From the NCBI GenBank assembly GCA_965207885.1, contig OZ242311.1, forward strand, positions 3,488,001-3,552,000: a stretch of 64,000 nt of DNA, in the 5' to 3' direction. The translations under genes and the position numbers were made by a program. The notes under the pieces are model-generated. The model did not search any database. It saw only the letters and a list, made by a program, of their open reading frames with translations, and was not told where the DNA came from. Below, in pieces: positions 28,931 to 37,299 of the stretch. Every line of letters begins with the position of its first letter. Within the stretch, counting starts at the first letter, position 1. Source of the stretch: Candidatus Latescibacterota bacterium (GTDB lineage Bacteria; Latescibacterota; UBA2968).

Positions 28931-29779
28931 ATGGTCAACGCCTCATCCAAACAATCAGACACCAGTCTCGAACACTATCTCAAAGAACTCTCCCACTCTC
29001 ACCCCATCTCTGCTACAGAAGAATTTGAACTCGCCGTCAAAATGAAGCGAGGTGACCTCAAAGCGCGCAATCGCCTGATCAAAGCCAACCTCCGTTTTGT
29101 GGTCAACGTGGCTCTGAAATACCGCAATCAAGGCGTGGCCCTGGCCGATCTGATCAGTGCCGGCAATATAGGCCTCATTACAGCCACCGAACGCTTTGAC
29201 GAAACACGCGGTTTCAAATTTATCTCTTATGCCGTCTGGTGGATTCGCCAATCTATTCTACAAACGCTCGCCGAACAGGGGCGTATGATCCGTTTGCCTA
29301 TCAACCGGTTGGATCTACTGCGTCGAATTAAAAACTTTAGCGACGAGTATCAATCCAATAAAGGCCACAGGCCCACAGAGGCGGAAATCGCCAGTGAATT
29401 TCACATCACCGAAGACCAGGTCATCGATATGCTGTCTCACAGTCCGATCGTATTTTCTTTGGACAAACCAATTCATGACGAAGATACAACCCTCATCGAT
29501 TTGATGCACGACGAAGATCAGGCCCCACCAGATGCTGCAATATTTCACAATGCCCTGCGAGATGAAGTCAACGATCTGCTCCATACCCTGGATAATCGTG
29601 AAGCCGACGTTATCCGTCTCTATTTTGGTCTCGATGGCTCCAGTTGGACACTTCAGGCCATAGCCAACAAATATAGCCTCACGCGTGAGCGCGTGCGCCA
29701 AATTAAAGAAAAAGCCCTGCGTAAATTGCGTCACCCCTCTCGGGGGCGCAAACTCATTGCGTATGCAGAAGCGGGATAA
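28931..29779 (+). CDS. RNA polymerase sigma-70 factor, RpoD/SigA family, short form lacking region 1.1
   Basis: ANLRFVVNVA, DLISAGNIGL, RGFKFISYAVWWIRQSI, LTRERVRQIKEKALRKLR. Confidence 0.93.
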   Translation: MVNASSKQSDTSLEHYLKELSHSHPISATEEFELAVKMKRGDLKARNRLIKANLRFVVNVALKYRNQGVALADLISAGNIGLITATERFDETRGFKFISYAVWWIRQSILQTLAEQGRMIRLPINRLDLLRRIKNFSDEYQSNKGHRPTEAEIASEFHITEDQVIDMLSHSPIVFSLDKPIHDEDTTLIDLMHDEDQAPPDAAIFHNALRDEVNDLLHTLDNREADVIRLYFGLDGSSWTLQAIANKYSLTRERVRQIKEKALRKLRHPSRGRKLIAYAEAG

Positions 29780-29802
29780 CCTGCTATATCCCAATAAAAA
29801 TG

Positions 29803-29842
29803 AAAAAGCCTTTGAAGCGCGTGTCTTCAGAGGCTTTTTTTT
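29803..29842 (+). terminator. Rho-independent terminator
   Basis: aaaaagcctttgaag ... cttcagaggcttttttt. Confidence 0.8.
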
Positions 29843-29860
29843 ATTATCTAACGCCAAAAC

Positions 29861-29895
29861 TTGATTTGTCTGAAGTTGTTATATACATTGATGTA
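29861..29895 (+). promoter_or_regulatory. Promoter with an overlapping palindromic operator for the antitoxin gene
   Basis: TTGATT-17 bp-TACATT; the palindrome TACAT-tg-ATGTA overlaps the -10 box. Confidence 0.55.
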
Positions 29896-29906
29896 CAGGA
29901 GGAAAA

Positions 29907-30140
29907 ATGAAAATTATTACATCCACTGAATTCCGTCAGCATGTGGCGGCGTGTTTAAATGCTGTTGAACGGGGCGAGACGTTTCGTATATTGCGGCACG
30001 GTAAACCTGTTGCCGATCTAAAACCCATAAAAACAAACAACACTGTACCTTCCTGGAAACGGTGTATTGAACCGATCACACTAAAAGGTATTTCTGTATC
30101 GGATATGATAGTAAAAGAAAGAGATGAGTACGGACGATGA
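29907..30140 (+). CDS. Type II TA antitoxin, Phd/YefM family
   Basis: MKIITSTEFRQHVAACLNAVERGETFRILRHGKPVADL. Confidence 0.9.
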   Translation: MKIITSTEFRQHVAACLNAVERGETFRILRHGKPVADLKPIKTNNTVPSWKRCIEPITLKGISVSDMIVKERDEYGR

Positions 30141-30151
30141 ATGCTTTTTTT
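30137..30151 (+). pseudogene. Five-codon stub of a deleted VapC/PIN toxin gene
   Basis: ATGA overlap with the antitoxin stop gives M-N-A-F-F, like PIN toxin N-termini (MxAFFDTS); similarity ends there. Confidence 0.4.
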
Positions 30152-30189
30152 AAAGTCACTATTTACCGAGACCCAATAGGAGGCAAGCG

Positions 30190-30759
30190 ATGGACGTTTT
30201 GGAAGCTATTCACACGCGGCGCACAATTTTTAAGTTCAAACCGGGTGGTGTGCCCAAAGATGTAATTGAAAAAACTTTTGAGGCCGGCCTTTGGGCACCA
30301 AATCACCATTTAACAGAACCGTGGCGATTTGTAGTCCTGGGAGAAGAAACCAAAGAAATACTGGCGCAACGCTACAGCGAAATTCAGGAAGAAAAAGCGG
30401 CTGAAGGTGCGAGTGATGAAGCCAGGCAGATATTAAAAGAGGCCGGTTATGCCAAGTTCATGTCAAAGCCCACAATTATTGCAGTGGCATGTCTGCAGGA
30501 TGGTGATGACATCAAGAACAGAGAAGATTATGCAGCCGCGTGTTGCGCCATGCAAAATGTACAGTTGGCTGCCTGGGCAGAAGGGGTTGGCATGCAGTGG
30601 AGTACGGGGCCGATTACGCTGGAAGAAAACACCTACAAATTGCTGGATGTAGATATCGAGACCGAATACATCATCGGATTTTTCTATACTGGATATCCGG
30701 ATGAAATACCAGAACCGAGGCGCAAACCCCTCGAAGAGGTGCTGAGCTGGACGGATTGA
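30190..30759 (+). CDS. Nitroreductase family protein (YdjA-like)
   Basis: AIHTRRTIFKF, WAPNHHLTEPWRF, MQNVQLAAWAEGVGMQWSTG. Confidence 0.9.
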   Translation: MDVLEAIHTRRTIFKFKPGGVPKDVIEKTFEAGLWAPNHHLTEPWRFVVLGEETKEILAQRYSEIQEEKAAEGASDEARQILKEAGYAKFMSKPTIIAVACLQDGDDIKNREDYAAACCAMQNVQLAAWAEGVGMQWSTGPITLEENTYKLLDVDIETEYIIGFFYTGYPDEIPEPRRKPLEEVLSWTD

Positions 30760-30770
30760 TTCCGCTAACC

Positions 30771-31589
30771 ATGAATGGCTTTGAATTTTTTGTTCTCTAT
30801 CGCCTGCCCTATTTCGCATTGCCTTTCTATCTCATCATGTTAGGCGTGCGAATATGGGTATGGATGCGGTTTTACAACCCCGCGCTCAAGCTATTGCCAC
30901 GAGCCAGGAGATCTGTATATGGCGTGTGGAAGCAGCAGTACCGCCCAACCATTCACATTTTTCCCGGACCGCGCTCAAAAAATACAGAATGGAAGCGCGC
31001 GATAAAAGGCTTTATTTTTTTTACTGGTCTCTATAAGCGCGACAAAATACTGTGGCTGGGCTCCTGGTCCCTCCATTTGGGACTGTTTCTGGTAATTGTA
31101 GCTCATGTCCGCGTGATTTTGCCGCTCGACCTGGACCCAATCTGTTTGCGCATCGCATTGATCGGCAGTGGATTGATGACTGTGTCGGGCACTTATTTAT
31201 TGGTCCGTCGGATAATCGTTCAGCGCGTGCGAGAAATTACGGACTTTCGGGATTATCTGGCGGAATTTATTCTCCTGTCCTTTTCTGCGACAGCATTTCT
31301 CGTCGTATTAGACGGTGGCGTGTCATCCGAAGCCTTGCGCCACTATGTGTCTGGCCTATTGACAGGCACCTCGGCAGTTATTGAAGGACAACGCATTTTT
31401 GTGTGGCACTTGCTCGCCGCACAACTCTTATTGGTTGTGATCCCCTTTTCCCATCTATTGCATCTGGGCGGAATTTTTTGGAGCCGCGAATTTTTGGGTA
31501 CATCCGATACATTTGCGGGAGAATTTGGATCGGGATTTTCAGGATTAAAGGATGGACAGGATGAAAAACCACTAACCACTAACCACTAA
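30771..31589 (+). CDS. dsrM: DsrM/NarI-like di-heme cytochrome b membrane subunit (alternative TTG start at 30756)
   Basis: WLGSWSLHLGLFLVIVAHVR and WHLL...IPFSHLLHLGGIF supply four conserved His heme ligands; RVREITDFRDY. Confidence 0.8.
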   Translation: MNGFEFFVLYRLPYFALPFYLIMLGVRIWVWMRFYNPALKLLPRARRSVYGVWKQQYRPTIHIFPGPRSKNTEWKRAIKGFIFFTGLYKRDKILWLGSWSLHLGLFLVIVAHVRVILPLDLDPICLRIALIGSGLMTVSGTYLLVRRIIVQRVREITDFRDYLAEFILLSFSATAFLVVLDGGVSSEALRHYVSGLLTGTSAVIEGQRIFVWHLLAAQLLLVVIPFSHLLHLGGIFWSREFLGTSDTFAGEFGSGFSGLKDGQDEKPLTTNH

Positions 31590-31594
31590 CCACT
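31533..31594. repeat. About 9-bp ggat-periodic repeat followed by a perfect (aaccact)x4 heptamer array at the dsrM/dsrK junction
   Basis: ggat at 31533, 31542, 31550 and 31559; aaccact at 31567, 31574, 31581 and 31588. Confidence 0.8.
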
Positions 31595-32961
31595 TGAGAA
31601 TCAAAAAATTGGAAAATCCAGATCAAACAGAACGCGAAAAAAAATACATTCCAACAGGCCTGGCTGGCACGTATATGCGACGCATTGCCGAATCAGACCC
31701 ATTTGTCCGAGAGATTCAAGATGAACCATCGGCATTGCGCCTGTACATGGATACGTGTACCAAATGCGGGGTGTGCGCACAGGAATGCCCGGTGTATTAT
31801 GGGCAGCCCGATAAGCGCATGCATCCGGTGGAACGCTCTCGGCAGGTGATTCGTTTATACAAAAAGTACACGACATTTTGGGGGCGATTTTGGAACGCCA
31901 TTTTTCCAAAGCCCGATTTTGAAAATAACGATGCCGAGTTATTTGCCGAGCGCATGTACGAGTGTTTGACGTGTCGGCGATGTGCGGCATTTTGTCCTGT
32001 AGGAATCGATCATTCGGTGATCTCGCGCGTTGGACGCTCGCTTGTCGATTTAATGGGTTTGACGCCGCCATCCCTTGCACAGGGCACGCACAATTCATTT
32101 GAAACGGGCAATTTAGAAGGCGCGTCAGCCGAGGCTTTTTTGGATGCGATTCAATTTATCGAAGAAGAACTCAAAGAAGAAACAGGACGGGATATTTCAA
32201 TTCCCTTAGACCGAGAAGGCGCGGAAATTTTCTTTTTGCCGCCGTCGGGTGATGTGCTGGTATATGCTGAAAATTTAATGGGCATGGCGAAAATTTTTCA
32301 CGCCATCGGTGCCGATTGGACGATGAGCTCGCGGGCATTTGACGGATCGAATTTCGGATTTACGACCGGCAATAACTTCTCAATGAAGTACGAGAACAAG
32401 CACTACATTGACGCGTGCGAAAAATTGGGATGTAAGATCATGGTAATGGGCGAATGCGGGCATGCGTATCGGGTGATGAAGTTCATGGCCAGCGAAGGGC
32501 GCTGGTGGGGCGCATTGCCTTTTGAGATTACCAGCGGCTTTGAATATACGGCACAACTTATTCGCACGGGCAAACTGAAATTGGACCCGGGCAAAAACCT
32601 CGATCCCGTGACTTATCACGACGCTTGCCAATTTGCTGCCGGGTGTGGGATAGTCGAGGAACCCAGAGAGATTTTGAAAGCAGCCTGTGCCGATTACCGC
32701 GAAATGCCCGATGGCGGGTACACACAGTGGTGTTGCGGTGGTGGCGGTGGGTTATCGGCACTCCGCTCGGTACGCACATTTCGGATGGAGGTCTCGGGAA
32801 AAAAGAAAGCAGAGCAAATGCGCGAGACCGATGCGAAGGTCGTATCGACCTCGTGTTTGCAGTGCCGCACACAGCTCAAAGAAATCGCTCGCCATCACAA
32901 AATGCCACTAAAAATTACGGGTGTACACGAGTTGATCAACAATGCGATTGTACTGGAATAG
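31594..32961 (+). CDS. dsrK: DsrK/HdrD-like (Fe-S)-binding heterodisulfide reductase-family protein
   Basis: CTKCGVCAQEC and CLTCRRCAAFCPVGID ferredoxin motifs; GECGHAYR; TYHDAC...WCCGGGGG...SCLQC CCG domain. Confidence 0.85.
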   Translation: MRIKKLENPDQTEREKKYIPTGLAGTYMRRIAESDPFVREIQDEPSALRLYMDTCTKCGVCAQECPVYYGQPDKRMHPVERSRQVIRLYKKYTTFWGRFWNAIFPKPDFENNDAELFAERMYECLTCRRCAAFCPVGIDHSVISRVGRSLVDLMGLTPPSLAQGTHNSFETGNLEGASAEAFLDAIQFIEEELKEETGRDISIPLDREGAEIFFLPPSGDVLVYAENLMGMAKIFHAIGADWTMSSRAFDGSNFGFTTGNNFSMKYENKHYIDACEKLGCKIMVMGECGHAYRVMKFMASEGRWWGALPFEITSGFEYTAQLIRTGKLKLDPGKNLDPVTYHDACQFAAGCGIVEEPREILKAACADYREMPDGGYTQWCCGGGGGLSALRSVRTFRMEVSGKKKAEQMRETDAKVVSTSCLQCRTQLKEIARHHKMPLKITGVHELINNAIVLE

Positions 32962-32971
32962 CCGATAGCTC

Positions 32972-34180
32972 ATGTCTGATTTAATTTACATGGACAACGC
33001 GGCGACGACGTTTCCAAAGCCCCCCAATGTGCTGGAAGACGCGCTGGCGTTTTATCGCAAATACGGGGTAAATCCCGGGCGCAGTGGCACGGATCTGGCG
33101 CGAGAGGCCGAGGCTATGGTTGCCGAGGCGCGTGCATCGCTCGCGTCGCTTTTTGGCGCCACGGGCAGTCCCGATCGGCTTGTGTTTACACACAATGCCT
33201 CGGATGCGTTAAATATTGCGATTCAAGGCACATTGAAACCCGGTGATCACGTAATTACAACGCTCCTAGATCATAATTCGGTTTTGCGCCCGATTTACCA
33301 CCTCTCAAAATACGAAGGAATTGAGGCGACTTATGTGGGCTTTGGGACAGATGGCTTTATCGACCCAGAGGATATTGATAGAGCGATCAGGCCGAATACA
33401 AAACTCGTGGTGATGACCCATGCATCCAATGTACTGGGCACTGTGCAACCCGTAGCCGCGGTCGGTGCAATTTGCCGTACACGCGGTGTAATTTTTTGCG
33501 TTGATGTGGCGCAAACAGCGGGCATGTTGCCCATTGATATAGAGGCGATGCAGGCCGACATTTTGTGTTTTACCGGACACAAGTCACTCATGGGACCAAC
33601 GGGTACTGGTGGGATGTACGTGCGCGAAGGGGTGACAATTGCACCGTTGCGATACGGCGGAACGGGTGTGCGATCGGAATATCCCGATCATCTGGACGAG
33701 TATCCCTGGCGACTGGAGTGCGGCACGGGCAATCTGATGGGTATTGCAGGCCTGTTGTGTGCGCAGAAATGGATGCAACGCAAAGGCGTGGAAAATATTC
33801 ACGCACACGAGATGGCTTTGTTCAAACAACTGGTCAATGGCCTGCGCGAAGTCGATGGGACCATTTTGTATTGCGCTGAAAATTTTGATCAACACGTGCC
33901 CGTATTGTCGGCCAATATCGAAGGGATGACAGCAAACAATGTGGGCACCTTGCTAGATGTGAAGTTCAATGTGGCAACGCGCACGGGATTGCAATGCGCG
34001 CCAAAGGTACATGAAACTCTGGGCACAAAAGCGGTGAAGGGCACTGTGCGTATTTCGTTAGGCCCCTTCAATACCGAAGCACAAATTGAGACTGTAATTG
34101 AGGGCTTGAGTGATATATCCAAACGGCATGGGCGAAGCAGTGAACAACTGCTAAAAGGTCAGGTGCGGAATGGCCTATGA
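32972..34180 (+). CDS. Cysteine desulfurase family protein (class V PLP)
   Basis: YMDNAATTFPKP, HNSVLRP, FTGHKSLMGP (PLP lysine), RTGLQCAP with catalytic Cys. Confidence 0.9.
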   Translation: MSDLIYMDNAATTFPKPPNVLEDALAFYRKYGVNPGRSGTDLAREAEAMVAEARASLASLFGATGSPDRLVFTHNASDALNIAIQGTLKPGDHVITTLLDHNSVLRPIYHLSKYEGIEATYVGFGTDGFIDPEDIDRAIRPNTKLVVMTHASNVLGTVQPVAAVGAICRTRGVIFCVDVAQTAGMLPIDIEAMQADILCFTGHKSLMGPTGTGGMYVREGVTIAPLRYGGTGVRSEYPDHLDEYPWRLECGTGNLMGIAGLLCAQKWMQRKGVENIHAHEMALFKQLVNGLREVDGTILYCAENFDQHVPVLSANIEGMTANNVGTLLDVKFNVATRTGLQCAPKVHETLGTKAVKGTVRISLGPFNTEAQIETVIEGLSDISKRHGRSSEQLLKGQVRNGL

Positions 34181-34493
34181 GATTGTGACGCTGGGTGGCA
34201 AAGAAATTGAGGTGGATGAAGATGGATTTATCCAACAACCCGAGCTTTGGAACGAAGATGTAGCGCGCGATATAGCCAGACAAGATGGCATTGAGAAGAT
34301 GAGTGAGGATCACTGGCAGGTAGTGTATTATATCCGAAATTATTGGTTGAAATTTGAAATCGCCCCATTAATCCGCCGCCTGTGCAAAGAGACAGAGAAA
34401 GATATCGATACGATTTACGATCTGTTTTCTGCAGGTCCTGCAGATGGCGCGTGTAAAATCGCGGGTTTGCCAACCCCTACGGGGTGTACGTGA
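34170..34493 (+). CDS. dsrC: DsrC-type sulfur carrier with both C-terminal cysteines (CX10C)
   Basis: EVDEDGF...W...HW.VV..IR.YW...IAP.IR.L...IYDLF..GP..GACKIAGLPTPTGCT. Confidence 0.9.
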   Translation: MAYEIVTLGGKEIEVDEDGFIQQPELWNEDVARDIARQDGIEKMSEDHWQVVYYIRNYWLKFEIAPLIRRLCKETEKDIDTIYDLFSAGPADGACKIAGLPTPTGCT

Positions 34494-34519
34494 CCGCTAA
34501 AAATGAGTTTTAACAAAAC

Positions 34520-34556
34520 GAGGCGATTCCCAATAGGAAATCGCCTCAATTTTTTT
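34520..34556. terminator. Terminator between convergent genes
   Basis: gaggcgatt ... aatcgcctc flanked by A and T runs. Confidence 0.75.
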
Positions 34557-34571
34557 AAGCTTTAATCAACT

Positions 34572-35468
34572 CTATCCCGTACGCGCTTGAATATTCGACA
34601 TATCTTCAATAACCGTGAGCAAACCCGAATGGTCAAGTTCGCCGCGGCCTTTGACCATCGCGGTCTTGAAAAGCTCAAAAACCTCGCTGGTAACGGGCAA
34701 GGGCACGTCGAAATCATTACTCGTTTTCTGGATGATATTGAGGTCTTTGTAGTGCAGGCGAATGCGAAAGCCGGGATCAAAATCGCCATTGACCATGCGC
34801 TCGCCCCTGTTTTCAAGCACACCACAGCGAGCGAGCCCCCCGCTGAGCACCTGAACAATTTTGATTGGATCAACACCTGCTTTGGTACCCATTGTGAGGG
34901 CTTCTGATACGCCAGCAATGGTGACAGCAACGAGAATTTGATTGCACGCTTTTACGGTTTGCCCTGCGCCGAGGGGACCACACAAAATCGCACTTTGACC
35001 CATGATATCAAAGAGTGGTTTGACCGTGTTAAACGTATCTGCATCGCCGCCAACCATAATGGAAAGGGTGGCATTTTGGGCACCGATATCACCGCCGCTG
35101 ACGGGTGCATCGAGACTTTGGACGCCTTTTTCTGAGAGCACCTCCCCCACCTGTGTGGTGACACTGGGTGCAATCGTGCTCATATCGACGAAAATCAGAC
35201 CCTCGTGCACGCCTTCAATAATCCCGCCCTCGCCCAAAGCGACACTCTCGACATCGGGCGAATCGGGCAACATAGTGAGAACAATATCGCTTTGTTCCGC
35301 CACCTCTTTACCAGAGTGCGCTTCTGTAGCCCCTCTACCAACGAGTTCATCAACCGCATCTCGATTGCGGTTGTGTACGACGAGTTCATATCCAGCATCT
35401 ATCAAATGACCGGCCATCGGCTTGCCCATGATCCCGAGACCGATAAACCCAATTTTTGGCTTCGACAT
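34572..35468 (-). CDS. garR: 2-hydroxy-3-oxopropionate reductase / beta-hydroxyacid dehydrogenase
   Basis: IGFIGLGIMGKPMA, DMSTI, LDAPVSGG, KACNQI, GFRIRLHYKDL. Confidence 0.85.
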   Translation of the reverse strand: MSKPKIGFIGLGIMGKPMAGHLIDAGYELVVHNRNRDAVDELVGRGATEAHSGKEVAEQSDIVLTMLPDSPDVESVALGEGGIIEGVHEGLIFVDMSTIAPSVTTQVGEVLSEKGVQSLDAPVSGGDIGAQNATLSIMVGGDADTFNTVKPLFDIMGQSAILCGPLGAGQTVKACNQILVAVTIAGVSEALTMGTKAGVDPIKIVQVLSGGLARCGVLENRGERMVNGDFDPGFRIRLHYKDLNIIQKTSNDFDVPLPVTSEVFELFKTAMVKGRGELDHSGLLTVIEDMSNIQARTG

Positions 35469-35517
35469 GTATTAAACTCCTTTCAACTGAAAATATAATT
35501 TATCAAAACAAGGATTT

Positions 35518-36441
35518 CTATAACTTCCTCAACTCTGCAAGCGAGGGAAAGGCATGGCTCTCCCACACCCGCACGATTACTCCATCCACAATATAAGCCA
35601 GTCGCGGATACCCATGCCCATAGGTCAAACGCTTGAAATCAGCGAGAGAAATTGTGGCGATGGTGAAACGCGGTCGAAACTGCATTTTGAACTGTGTGGT
35701 CACAGGATGATCTTTGGGGTACTGACTTAAAGCAATTAATCTCGGCACCTCTGGATCGGCAGCCCAGAAATTGAGCTTGGGCACGGCAGCCTGGCAATAG
35801 TGACAACTTGGACTAAACAACTCGATCAGATAGGCTCCACGCGTCAAATCGATATCTGTATCTAACAGGGATAAACCTTTCAGATAATCACCCACCTGCA
35901 GGTCTGAATCAGCTAACCGATCACGCTCGGGCACATACCTGAACCCCAGCACCGTTAGAGCAACCAATCCGCCGACCAGGACTACCCCTCTCCCCCATGC
36001 CCACAGCGCAACGGACCTTCGCCGCGACCCCCACCAGGAAAAGACCAGCAACCCCAGCATAAGAAAATTTTCCACCATTGCCTCAGTTGGCGAGCGATCG
36101 ACCAGAGTACCAAAACACCCGCAACTCTCCCCCATTCCCCGATGTAAGGCATGAGCGGTAATCGCAAGAAAAAAAACCATCATCACCACACCTATAGGCA
36201 AAACGAGACGCGGCTTCCAATCGACCAGAAGCGCGAGACCCACCAGGCATTCTAACGGACCGAGCAACAGAGCCAATTTGGCGACCATTTCCACTGTCTC
36301 GCGCCCGACAAAAATCTGGGCAGGCACCACAGCCTCCCAGAAAAAGAGCACGGGATCCCATATCTTAGTCAGACCAGCCACCAGAAAAACCACACCCATA
36401 ATTCGCTGGCTTACCCACAGGCTCTTTTCTAATCCACTCAT
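35518..36441 (-). CDS. MauE/DoxX membrane domain fused to a thioredoxin-like domain
   Basis: GVVFLVAGLTK..DP, SCGCFG, C-terminal FSPSCHYC...GYP. Confidence 0.78.
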   Translation of the reverse strand: MSGLEKSLWVSQRIMGVVFLVAGLTKIWDPVLFFWEAVVPAQIFVGRETVEMVAKLALLLGPLECLVGLALLVDWKPRLVLPIGVVMMVFFLAITAHALHRGMGESCGCFGTLVDRSPTEAMVENFLMLGLLVFSWWGSRRRSVALWAWGRGVVLVGGLVALTVLGFRYVPERDRLADSDLQVGDYLKGLSLLDTDIDLTRGAYLIELFSPSCHYCQAAVPKLNFWAADPEVPRLIALSQYPKDHPVTTQFKMQFRPRFTIATISLADFKRLTYGHGYPRLAYIVDGVIVRVWESHAFPSLAELRKL

Positions 36442-36455
36442 AGATATTTCCTCTT

Positions 36456-37286
36456 TCAGTCAATAAATAACGGCTGATCGGATCGCGGTACAATGCCCGC
36501 TTCTTCTGCCCGCGCAAAAAGATCGACCAGCGCTGCTTTTCCATCTGCGCCGTAATCCAACGTGTATTCATTGACGTACAGATCGATGTGCTGCTGCATC
36601 ACGGCTTCGTCCATCTCCTGTGCGTGCTGGCGGATGTAACTTTTAACTGCATCGGGGTTTTCATGTGCATATTTTACACTGGCGCAAAGAGATACATCAA
36701 TCTGCTGAATTTTTCCTTCGCCGAGATCACGTCGGACAAGAATACCGCCGAGTGGAATGGGATGTCCCGTAGATGCCTCCCACCATTCGCCCAGGTCAAT
36801 GACTTTGTACAGACCATAATCGGGATAGGTAAATCGCGATTCGTGGATAATCACGCCGGCATCAACATCGCCTTTTTGCGTGGCCTCCATAATCTCGTCA
36901 AAAGGCATTGCGACGAGATTGTCAAGTGCAGGATTAAAGAGACGCAGCAAGAGCGCGGCCGTGGTGAGTTCGCCGGGAATGGCAATGCGTTTGCCCAACA
37001 GATCGCGTGGATCAAGAGAGTCAGACGCAATAACGAGCGGGCCACATCCGCGCCCCAATGCCCCTCCCGAATGCAACAAACAATAGCGATCGCGCATAAA
37101 TGCAAGCGCGTGGAATGATATTTTGGTCATATCCAATTTACCAGCCATAGCCATGCGATTCAGAGTCTCGATATCTTCGAGAATCTCGCGACATCTCGGC
37201 GCGCCGTCAATTTTTCCGTGAACCAAACCGTAGAAAATATACGTGTCATTGGGACACGGGGAATAACCAAGAGAAATACGGGACAT
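36456..37286 (-). CDS. mqnD: 1,4-dihydroxy-6-naphthoate synthase
   Basis: LGYSPCPNDTYIF, GALGRGCGPL, IIHESRFTY, DLGEWWE, HIDLYVN. Confidence 0.95.
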   Translation of the reverse strand: MSRISLGYSPCPNDTYIFYGLVHGKIDGAPRCREILEDIETLNRMAMAGKLDMTKISFHALAFMRDRYCLLHSGGALGRGCGPLVIASDSLDPRDLLGKRIAIPGELTTAALLLRLFNPALDNLVAMPFDEIMEATQKGDVDAGVIIHESRFTYPDYGLYKVIDLGEWWEASTGHPIPLGGILVRRDLGEGKIQQIDVSLCASVKYAHENPDAVKSYIRQHAQEMDEAVMQQHIDLYVNEYTLDYGADGKAALVDLFARAEEAGIVPRSDQPLFID

Positions 37287-37299
37287 GATGAACCTCGCG

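Noticed and set aside
30771-31589. Respiratory nitrate reductase gamma subunit (narI)
   Set aside because: No narGHJ nearby; the neighbours are DsrK- and DsrC-like, so DsrM is the better call.
34170-34493. Calling this protein TusE for tRNA thiolation
   Set aside because: It has both Cys of the CX10C motif and is linked to dsrMK, not tusBCD/mnmA. This role cannot be fully excluded without the whole genome.
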